Shown: positions 1-7,160 of the stretch, piece by piece
Layout: every line of letters starts with the position of its first letter
Position numbering within the stretch: the first letter of the stretch is position 1
Notes under the pieces: model-generated
What the model was told of the DNA's origin: nothing
What the model saw: the letters and a program-made list of their open reading frames with translations, nothing else
Database searches by the model: none
From: an uncultured archaeon
Lineage (GTDB): Archaea > Asgardarchaeota > Lokiarchaeia > Sigyniarchaeales > SOKP01
Reading direction: 5' to 3'
DNA length: 13,872 nucleotides
Assembly (NCBI GenBank): GCA_964583985.1
Contig: CAZOYD010000082.1
Coordinates: 1 to 13,872 of the forward strand
Position numbers and translations under genes: made by a program

Positions 1-250
1 TTTACTAAATTGTTAATTATTTTATTATTAGTTTTATAGTTATATAAAATATAGCTATCCTCCTAATGCGGTTTGAATCGTGGAGATTTGCCGACTTGTA
101 AGTTTTATATTTATGGTTGATTTTATAATAATCTCCTGTAAAAAGGATTTTTCCACGTTTTATTATTAAATGTGGGAATTAAACGTTAAGGGAGAATAAT
201 AAAGAGGATAATAATGTTTATATAGCTAAAAAGATACTTTTTTATTCATC

Positions 251-796
251 ATGGATAAAGACAATATTCCTTCAATTGATAATTTTAGAATTTTTGGTAT
301 CCACTTAGATGAAAAATATCGATTCTATCTGTTTATTATGGCTCTATTTGGGATACCAATCGGTTTATACAGAACTTCAGATTATCTTCTCTATTTCAAT
401 TATATTTTTGACGCTCTCTCAGATCCTTCGTCTCCTTCACAATTAATTGAAATTTTATTCTTTTATTCCCCTATAATTGGATTATCGATATTAATTCAGT
501 TGGTAATAGTGAACATGAGTTATTGTCCGAATTGTGGGGAAGAAAGAAATGATTCAGCGCAAATTTGCGAATTTTGCGGATTTTCTTTTAATATTATGGA
601 TGATTTAGAAGAAAAAAATCGAAAAATTAACCAATTAGAGCAGGAACTTCATCAACTTGAAAGTAATAGTAATATAGCAACAAAAATAATAATAGCAGAT
701 AATTCTCCGTTGAAATATTTTTGGATAATTGCTAGCCTTATGATAATAGGATTTTTTTCATTTATCTTCTACTTCATCTACATGGCTAGTAATTGA
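251..796 (+). CDS. Membrane protein with a zinc ribbon (CPNC...CEFC), short coiled coil and C-terminal transmembrane helix
   Basis: 181-aa ORF with two N-terminal hydrophobic segments, a CxxC-x10-CxxC ribbon, the heptad-like stretch LEEKNRKINQLEQELHQLE and a hydrophobic C-terminus. TTTATATA at 217-224 suits a leaderless start at 251. An alternative in-frame ATG lies at 515 (MSYCPNC). Confidence 0.7.
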   Translation: MDKDNIPSIDNFRIFGIHLDEKYRFYLFIMALFGIPIGLYRTSDYLLYFNYIFDALSDPSSPSQLIEILFFYSPIIGLSILIQLVIVNMSYCPNCGEERNDSAQICEFCGFSFNIMDDLEEKNRKINQLEQELHQLESNSNIATKIIIADNSPLKYFWIIASLMIIGFFSFIFYFIYMASN

Positions 797-890
797 CCAA
801 TTAATATGTGAAGAATAATGTTTTAAACCAATTTGAGATATCTTAATAAAAAACCATAAACGAGAAATTCTAAATCTTTAGATAGTGAAC

Positions 891-1256
891 TTATTTTGCA
901 TCAGGATCACTTTGCATGATTCCAGTAGTGATACCTTCAATATCTTTGAAATAAGCCATCCACCCAACGCCAGGAACGGCGTGTTTAGGGTTAATAATGG
1001 TTCCCCCATTAATTTCTATTTTTTTTATTATTTTATCGATATCTGTAACTTCTATTGTGTTTACAACACTTGGTTCTTCATCATCAACCTTTCCAAGCCC
1101 TCCATCTATACCTGGTTCATTTTCATCTCCTGTCATGATAAGCCAATATTCCATAGGCCCATTCCACTTTTCTATTTTCCAATTAAAGACTTTTTCATAA
1201 AATTCTTTTGTTTTTACCACATCCTTGACATTTAACTCAAAATGTATTAATCTCAT
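891..1256 (-). CDS. VOC (glyoxalase/bleomycin-resistance) family protein
   Basis: HFEL..D....EFYEKVFNW, GIDGGL, GG.II.P...VPGVGW.AYFKD.EG motifs. AGGTGA Shine-Dalgarno sequence 4 nt upstream of the ATG (1261-1266, minus strand). Confidence 0.92.
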   Translation of the reverse strand: MRLIHFELNVKDVVKTKEFYEKVFNWKIEKWNGPMEYWLIMTGDENEPGIDGGLGKVDDEEPSVVNTIEVTDIDKIIKKIEINGGTIINPKHAVPGVGWMAYFKDIEGITTGIMQSDPDAK

Positions 1257-1389
1257 AAAATCACCTTGAAGATTATTATTAATCTTAGTTCAAGATGGGA
1301 TATTAAATCTTACCCTTATGAAATAAATTATTTTTTCCATAATTCATTGATAAATATAAATTTGTTATTGAATCAATGGGAGGATTTTT

Positions 1390-1785
1390 TTGAAAAAGAA
1401 AGAAATAATTGAAGGAATATATGATCGAATGCCCTATTATTCTACAATTGGGATGGATGTTAGAGAGATTGCTAATGGTGAAGCAAAAATAGAACTTACG
1501 ATGAGAAAAGAATTAGCTCAAAACGGAATGATTCACGGGGGTGTTTTAGCATCGATGATTGATGCTTCTTGTGCATGTGCCGCGTTCTCAGCTACGAATT
1601 TCGTGGGTTTTGTTACCACTATTGACTTGCAAGTGTCCTATCTGAAACCCGTTTCAAAAGGTACGATTATTGCATCAGCAACATGTTTACGAGCGGGTAA
1701 GAACGTGTTATTTTGTGAATCAAAAATTAGAAATGAAGAAGGAGAGCTAGTATGTGTGGGAACGTCTCAACTATTAAGAATTTAG
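1390..1785 (+). CDS. PaaI-family (hotdog fold) thioesterase
   Basis: QNGMIHGGVLASMID motif, TIDLQVSYLKPV and G.LV..G pattern. TTG start preceded by GGGAGG at 1378-1383. Confidence 0.92.
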   Translation: MKKKEIIEGIYDRMPYYSTIGMDVREIANGEAKIELTMRKELAQNGMIHGGVLASMIDASCACAAFSATNFVGFVTTIDLQVSYLKPVSKGTIIASATCLRAGKNVLFCESKIRNEEGELVCVGTSQLLRI

Positions 1786-1834
1786 CTTAAATACAGGAGT
1801 TTTTTAAGATTCGGGTAAATATTATCAATTTCTT

Positions 1835-3370
1835 CTAAAATTGCACCTCGAAATCGCCATTTTTTGCATAGTTGATTTTATAATAATCAAGCATCTTCAA
1901 TAATATGTTCAATCTCTCCATGAATGAATCAAGATTTTTATTCCGTTTCAATGTCCAACCGGTTTCTGCAATTGCTAATAAGCGGGGAAAGGTTTGATAT
2001 TCTAAGATCTCATCGTTTTTTATATATTCAGTCCAAAGACAAGCTTCAATTCCAAGAACATGTCTGTGATATTCAATAGGTAAATCTTCTGGAATAGGAT
2101 CATATTCATAAGACTGTTCGGTGAGAGTTAATTTGTATGGATAATTTAAATAGGTATACCTCATATCCGACATTATGGTATCCCTTCCTTTTTTTATGTG
2201 GTCTATGGTCATTGAAAAATCACCCGCCCAAAATTGGCAGATGGCATTTTCCCCAAGATCATCATTGAGAATTTCATTCCATCCCATTAATCTATGACCT
2301 TTTTCCTCAATGAATTTCGAAATTTTCCCTGTAAAATAAGGTTGAAGTTGATTTTCATTTTTTAAACCCTCCTTCTTTATCAGTTTTTGGCAATTTACGC
2401 ATCTTTTATATCTTCTTATTGGTACTTCATCTCCACCAGTGTGTATGAGTGTTGATGGAAATAAATTCATTACTTCAATTAACACATTCTTGGAAAATTC
2501 AAATACTTCTTCTTTTCCAATACAAAAAACATCTTTGTGCACCCCAAAATTCTGACTTACTTCGAAAGGTCCACCAGTGCAACTTAATTCAGGAAAAGCA
2601 GCAAGAACTGCTTGAACGTGTCCGGGAAAATCGATTTCTGGAATTATGGTTATAAACCTATCGGTAGCATATTGGATAATCTCTTTAATTTGGGCTTGAG
2701 TATAAAATCCTGATACGAGAATTTTATCAGTTTTTGACTGATCTTTTTGTAAGTCAGACATTAATTTTCTTTTATCAGTATTGGTTCCCTCTCTTCGTGA
2801 ACTGATCTCTTGTAACAAGGGATAATGTTTTATTTCAATCCTCCAACCTTGATCATCCGTTAGGTGCCAATGAAAGACGTTTAACTTAAAAAGAGCCATT
2901 GAATCCAAGATCTTTTTAACCTCATCCATGCCAAAAAAATGACGGGCTTCATCCAACATGAATCCCCGCCAAGAAAATCGAGGGTAATCTTCAATCTCTA
3001 AGCAAGGAATCTTAAAGCTTTTTGAAATCAGTTGTTTTAACGTTTGAATTCCATAAAAATTCCCTTGTAACGTATTTGAATTAATGATAATTCCTTTTTC
3101 ATTAACTCTCAATACGTACGCTTCATTGAGTAAATCAGAAAGAGTGGGATCAATGCTTATGGTAATGCTTTTTATTGCTTTAGATTCAGAATCTAATCGA
3201 TCAATGGGTGTGTTTAATTTACAATAAGAATACATGAATTTCTGTAGATATGCAGCAATTTGAGCGCATTGATCATCATGAAGGATATGGGTTTTATTAT
3301 CTAAATGAAAATAGCCTTCTTTTACTTGAGTTAACACGGGTTCCGGAATTATCATTACTTTTTGAGCCAT
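1835..3370 (-). CDS. Beta-N-acetylhexosaminidase, glycoside hydrolase family 20 (no signal peptide, probably cytoplasmic)
   Basis: IEDYPRFSWRGFMLDEARHF, FHWHLTDDQGWRIE, IPEIDFPGH, catalytic HTGGDE and LGIEACLWTE motifs. An N-terminal GH20b domain is present. Confidence 0.95.
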   Translation of the reverse strand: MAQKVMIIPEPVLTQVKEGYFHLDNKTHILHDDQCAQIAAYLQKFMYSYCKLNTPIDRLDSESKAIKSITISIDPTLSDLLNEAYVLRVNEKGIIINSNTLQGNFYGIQTLKQLISKSFKIPCLEIEDYPRFSWRGFMLDEARHFFGMDEVKKILDSMALFKLNVFHWHLTDDQGWRIEIKHYPLLQEISSRREGTNTDKRKLMSDLQKDQSKTDKILVSGFYTQAQIKEIIQYATDRFITIIPEIDFPGHVQAVLAAFPELSCTGGPFEVSQNFGVHKDVFCIGKEEVFEFSKNVLIEVMNLFPSTLIHTGGDEVPIRRYKRCVNCQKLIKKEGLKNENQLQPYFTGKISKFIEEKGHRLMGWNEILNDDLGENAICQFWAGDFSMTIDHIKKGRDTIMSDMRYTYLNYPYKLTLTEQSYEYDPIPEDLPIEYHRHVLGIEACLWTEYIKNDEILEYQTFPRLLAIAETGWTLKRNKNLDSFMERLNILLKMLDYYKINYAKNGDFEVQF

Positions 3371-3579
3371 TTTAAGACCTCTTTAACACCAAATTCTCAA
3401 ATATATATTGATAAAAATATCATGGTTTTAATTGATTTTGATATTGATTTTGACCTTCGCAATAATTTTATATGGAAGTACCACTTAATCTATGGGGATA
3501 GGTTATATAATTTTCATGTAAAAAAAATAGCTAAACGTTCTCAAATTTCCAATTGATAGTAAAAAAATTTGAATGTATC

Positions 3580-4065
3580 ATGACTGATGCTCAAGAAAGT
3601 GATAAAGTGTTCCAAAGAATTGAAGAAATTGATAAAGAAATCCTACGAATTCTCTGTCAAGATTCTAGAAAGACTCATAATGCGATTGCGATTGAATTAG
3701 GAAAATCTCCAATCACCATTAAAAAACACGTGGAAGAACTAGAAAAGAATAAAGTTATTAAAGATTATGGCGTTAAAATCGATTTCGATAAGCTTGGTTA
3801 TAATATCATAGCCGTAATTGAATTAACCGTATCAAAGGGAAAAATGCTAGAAATCGAAAGCCAGATCGCTGCTAATCCTAATGTTTTTGCGGTTTACGAC
3901 ATAACAGGAACGTATGATGCTCTCATTTTGGCACGTTTTAAAGATCGATCGGAACTTAGCGCGATGATCAAGGAAATTCATAAATCTCCGGAAGTAGAAA
4001 GAACCAACACACATCTAATTTTGAATGTAATCAAGGAACAACCCACCTCCAAAGAATTGATCTAA
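3580..4065 (+). CDS. Lrp/AsnC-family transcriptional regulator
   Basis: IDKEILRIL..DSR....IA.ELG HTH, ID..KLG linker and the RAM-domain motif YDITGTYD. ATG 3580 is preferred over the ORF-track TTG at 3553. TTATATAA box at 3503-3510. Confidence 0.93.
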   Translation: MTDAQESDKVFQRIEEIDKEILRILCQDSRKTHNAIAIELGKSPITIKKHVEELEKNKVIKDYGVKIDFDKLGYNIIAVIELTVSKGKMLEIESQIAANPNVFAVYDITGTYDALILARFKDRSELSAMIKEIHKSPEVERTNTHLILNVIKEQPTSKELI

Positions 4066-4176
4066 TCCACTGTTATTATTTGATTCTCTCTCTAATCATC
4101 TTGCAAAACATCACTAATTTTGTCGGGACTCTCTTTATATATGTCCTGAATATTTGATCTACTTGGTGATGACAAA

Positions 4177-4365
4177 TTGAGTTGCGGAAAAATTAAACGT
4201 TTAAACCCTTTTTTTAATGAAAAAATTGAAGATTACCAACCTATTGAGGAAATCTTTTTTAATCTTTCTGAGATAATCATACCCTTTTCAGAATTTTACG
4301 TTAAGCCAGTTATGATTGCGAAAGACGCTAATTTTAAAGAGATAATGATGAAAGAGTTTTTATGA
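4177..4365 (+). CDS. Possible 62-aa small protein of unknown function
   Basis: TTTATATA at 4134-4141, GGTGA at 4165-4169 seven nt before the TTG start, and a T-rich tract after the stop. No recognisable family. Confidence 0.35.
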   Translation: MSCGKIKRLNPFFNEKIEDYQPIEEIFFNLSEIIIPFSEFYVKPVMIAKDANFKEIMMKEFL

Positions 4366-4599
4366 CTTCTAAATTCTCTTTTTTTATTTCTTATTATTCT
4401 CTTAAATCCTTTTTATTACATTAAAAAATATTCATTTTTTGTCTCGGAGCACTATATGCAATTGAATTTTTTTTAATTATTTTCAGAGTTATTTAAACTA
4501 TGAGTAAATAATTTCAGTAAACTAATGAACTAAATAACAATATAATTACTTAGTAATTTTGTCGAAATGAGTCTATTAATGCATGTTTTAATAGAAATA

Positions 4600-4607
4600 T
4601 TTATAAG
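4600..4607 (+). promoter_or_regulatory. Putative TATA box of the glutamate-synthase-like gene
   Basis: TTTATAAG preceded by purine-rich AGAAA (BRE-like). An alternative TTATAAAA lies at 4627-4634. Confidence 0.5.
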
Positions 4608-4642
4608 TAAACTCGTGAATTATTAGTTATAAAACGTTCATT

Positions 4643-4660
4643 ATGGGAAACAATTCCCAT
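4643..4660. promoter_or_regulatory. Palindromic operator/hairpin, copy 1 (ATGGGAA-ACAA-TTCCCAT)
   Basis: Perfect 7-bp inverted repeat with a 4-nt spacer. The same core occurs at 6604 and 10781. Confidence 0.75.
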
Positions 4661-4693
4661 TAAGTATATATATTTTTTAGAGGAATTATATAG

Positions 4694-6343
4694 ATGACCA
4701 AATTTGCGTTAATGACACATAAATCGAGCATAATAGGTTCTAGAACTCGTGTTGAAGATTCTTGTGAATCTGGTTTATGTCCAATATGTATTGCTGATTG
4801 TCCTGTCTTTTGTGAAGTATCGAAATCAGCATTGAGAGGGAGAGAAGTTCTCTATCCACGAAGAGAATTATTTGGAAATTCTACGGCTGGAAGTCCTAAA
4901 GATTTTGGTTTTTCATATGCAGACTTCCAAATTCAATTCGAGGTTCGTGGTGTGAAAGGGATTGAAGCAGATATCGATAAAGTCATTTTTCCAAATGTTG
5001 ATACCACGACTTATTGGGGTAACATCAAGCAAAAACTTCCGGTGATAATAGCTGGCTTGGGAAGCACGTATGTTGCGAAAAATAATTGGGATGGATTAGC
5101 AATGGGAGCTGCCTTAGCGGGTATTAGCATTACCGTTGGAGAAAATGTAGTGGGCATGGATCCTGAGTCAAAATTTGCAAATCACGCACACTATCCAAGT
5201 GTTTTATCTTCTGAAGACATGAAATATCGCATATTGTCGTATAGAGAATATTGGGATGGAGTAAATGGGGATATTATTGTCCAAAAAAATGTAGAAGATA
5301 CAAGGCTTAAAGTATTTGATTATGTCGTGTCAAAGTTGGATGTAGAATCACTTGAACTAAAATTTGGCCAAGGAGCTAAAGCAATTGGAGGTGAAGTAAG
5401 ACTCAATGATCTCGAACGTGCTCAATTGCTTCAAGATAGGGGTTATTTAGTATTACCTGATCCATCTGATCCCAACGTTGTTGAACAATGGAATAACGGA
5501 ATAATTCTTGATTTTGAACGACATAGTCGTGTTGGTTTGAGTACTACCGAAGAAATTCTTGAAGAAATCGACCATATCAGGGAAAAGGGGATTAAGAATA
5601 TATTTATAAAAACTGGCGCATATCGTCCTTCTGCCACGGCATGGATTTTAAGATTAGGACTTGAAGGAAAGGTGGATGGAATGACCTTTGATGGTGCTGG
5701 TGGTGGAACTGGAATGAGTCCAGTAAGCATGATGAATGAAGGATCGATTCCTACCGCATACTTAGAAGCCTTAGTTGTAGGATGCTTGGATATGATTAAA
5801 AATAAAAATCCGAATGCTAAAATACCATCAATGTCAATTGCCGGAGGAATTGCAAATGAAACTCAAATGTTTAAAGCACTTGCCATGGGATCACCTTATA
5901 TTAAATGCATAGCAATGGCAAGAGCACCCATTACCGCGGCAATGAAAAGTAAATATGTTGGAGATGTCATTAAACGAAATGAAGCTACTCCAGCGATGCT
6001 AAAAACTCTAGGATTCCCAAGCACTAAAAACCCTGAATCATTGACACTTAATGAAGCATTCATTGAATATGATAATTTACAATTGACCCATCCCGATAAA
6101 GAAATTCCCGCTTCAGCGATCGGAGTGTACACGTTCTTTGCAAGCAAATTAGGAATTGGCATCAAGCAATTATTAGCAGGAGTCAGAAAATTTAACCTTG
6201 ATTTAATCGATCGAAATGACATAGCTTATTTATCTCAACGAGCGAAGAGCGTGATCGATCAGTGGAACTTAGGAATTTCTTCTCAAGAATCTCTCGATTT
6301 TGAACAAGTAAAAAATGAGATTTATTCGGGGAATTACAAATAA
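4694..6343 (+). CDS. Stand-alone FMN-binding glutamate synthase family protein with an N-terminal CxxCxxxCxxxC motif
   Basis: ELKFGQGAK.IGGEV, IKTGAYRP, DGAGGGTGMSP and IAGGI....MFKALAMG motifs of the GltS FMN barrel. CPICIADCPVFC near the N-terminus. GAGG RBS at 4680-4683. Confidence 0.88.
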   Translation: MTKFALMTHKSSIIGSRTRVEDSCESGLCPICIADCPVFCEVSKSALRGREVLYPRRELFGNSTAGSPKDFGFSYADFQIQFEVRGVKGIEADIDKVIFPNVDTTTYWGNIKQKLPVIIAGLGSTYVAKNNWDGLAMGAALAGISITVGENVVGMDPESKFANHAHYPSVLSSEDMKYRILSYREYWDGVNGDIIVQKNVEDTRLKVFDYVVSKLDVESLELKFGQGAKAIGGEVRLNDLERAQLLQDRGYLVLPDPSDPNVVEQWNNGIILDFERHSRVGLSTTEEILEEIDHIREKGIKNIFIKTGAYRPSATAWILRLGLEGKVDGMTFDGAGGGTGMSPVSMMNEGSIPTAYLEALVVGCLDMIKNKNPNAKIPSMSIAGGIANETQMFKALAMGSPYIKCIAMARAPITAAMKSKYVGDVIKRNEATPAMLKTLGFPSTKNPESLTLNEAFIEYDNLQLTHPDKEIPASAIGVYTFFASKLGIGIKQLLAGVRKFNLDLIDRNDIAYLSQRAKSVIDQWNLGISSQESLDFEQVKNEIYSGNYK

Positions 6344-6564
6344 ATGTAATTTAATTCTATTAAAATGAGGAAATTTTGCTTTCATTCCTTTCTGAATATT
6401 TTTTAGCCAAAACGGAAGGTTTAAATAGGAGTCTCGTAATAAATTAAATTTTTTTCACGGTTATATATTTTTAATGAAATTTAATTATAAATATAATATT
6501 TTTTTAAAATATCCAACAAAAAATTTATGAAATATTAGACGTATACATATTTCATGTAATAACA

Positions 6565-6572
6565 TTTATAAA
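6565..6572 (+). promoter_or_regulatory. Putative TATA box of the 84-aa gene
   Basis: TTTATAAA starting 39 bp upstream of palindrome copy 2. Confidence 0.5.
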
Positions 6573-6603
6573 GGAATTTAAGTAAATATAATTATAAGTC
6601 TAA

Positions 6604-6619
6604 TGGGAAATATTTCCCA
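6604..6619. promoter_or_regulatory. Palindromic operator/hairpin, copy 2 (TGGGAA-ATAT-TTCCCA)
   Basis: Perfect 16-bp palindrome. It extends as TCTAA...(bulged C)TTAGA over 6599-6625. Confidence 0.75.
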
Positions 6620-6649
6620 CTTAGATTTTAAATTAAATGGTGTAAAAAA

Positions 6650-6904
6650 ATGTCAGCAAAAGTCGTAAATGTAGAAACACAGGTAGCTGTAATGTCGGCG
6701 GAACCAGTGTTCCGCACCTATGAGCAAATCTGCTTGGATAAGCTCAAAGAAGTTGGTAGATCCACCGCTGCCCAATGGGCAGGTGCGATGGGATACACTA
6801 ATCCGAATGCTCTCCGAAAGGTAATCCGCCGAATTTTGACACATACACCTGAAAAAATAGAGATCCATGGGGAAAAGATCCCCCGGTTCTATGAAGCAGT
6901 ATAG
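6650..6904 (+). CDS. Small basic winged-helix-turn-helix-like protein (84 aa)
   Basis: Pattern of helix (YEQICLDKLKEVG), STAAQWAGAMGY, recognition helix (PNALRKVIRRIL) and beta-hairpin wing (IEIHGEKIPRFYEAV). GGTG RBS-like sequence at 6639-6642. The fold was assigned by eye only. Confidence 0.7.
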   Translation: MSAKVVNVETQVAVMSAEPVFRTYEQICLDKLKEVGRSTAAQWAGAMGYTNPNALRKVIRRILTHTPEKIEIHGEKIPRFYEAV

Positions 6905-7033
6905 AACATCTCGAAATCTTACGGTATTTCTAATATTTTCAATTTTTTTTCCACGATATAATTAATTGTGGTTTTAATAAAAGTTATTAAATTGCTCCCC
7001 CACAGCAAAAATCTCAACGACCCAAGTAGAAAA

Positions 7034-7109
7034 TATGCCAAGAGCCCTTGCCAGTATTTTTGATTTCCCTAACAAGATATCTTTTATACAAATGGCAAGG
7101 GCTGGCATA
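7034..7109. repeat. GC-rich long inverted repeat between convergent genes
   Basis: AGCCCTTGCCA (7043-7053) pairs perfectly with TGGCAAGGGCT (7093-7103), extended by TATGCC (7034-7039)/GGCATA (7104-7109). Confidence 0.8.
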
Positions 7110-7160
7110 AAAAACTGGTTCTTTCTTTAAAATCAAGCTTAAAAAAGTAAAGAAGTTTAA

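Noticed and set aside
58-105. CCTAATGCGG...TGCCGACTTGTAAG resembles a twister ribozyme
   Set aside because: The required P4 stem and pseudoknot pairings could not be formed.
1265-1294. Imperfect inverted repeat CTTGAAGATTA...TAATCTTAGTTCAAG in the VOC/PaaI divergent gap
   Set aside because: It is AT-rich, single copy and interrupted, so it cannot be distinguished from chance, though it could be an operator.
4141-4149. ATG-TCC-TGA in frame with the 62-aa ORF (possible Sec read-through)
   Set aside because: The ATG overlaps the putative TATA box, and there is no redox-motif context or SECIS evidence.
4643-4660. Palindrome as a canonical NrpR operator
   Set aside because: The spacer is 4 nt in all three copies rather than 6, and no nrpR gene is in the window.
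6650-6904. Resemblance of the 84-aa protein to Z-alpha (Z-DNA/RNA binding) domains
   Set aside because: The topology is similar, but the diagnostic helix-3 Asn/Tyr and wing Trp residues are absent. A generic wHTH is the supportable call.
6988-7012. Minus-strand TTTTTGCTGTGGGGGAGCAAT resembles IS200/IS605 right-end sequences
   Set aside because: The complementary upstream arm is missing and there is no tnpA/tnpB remnant nearby.
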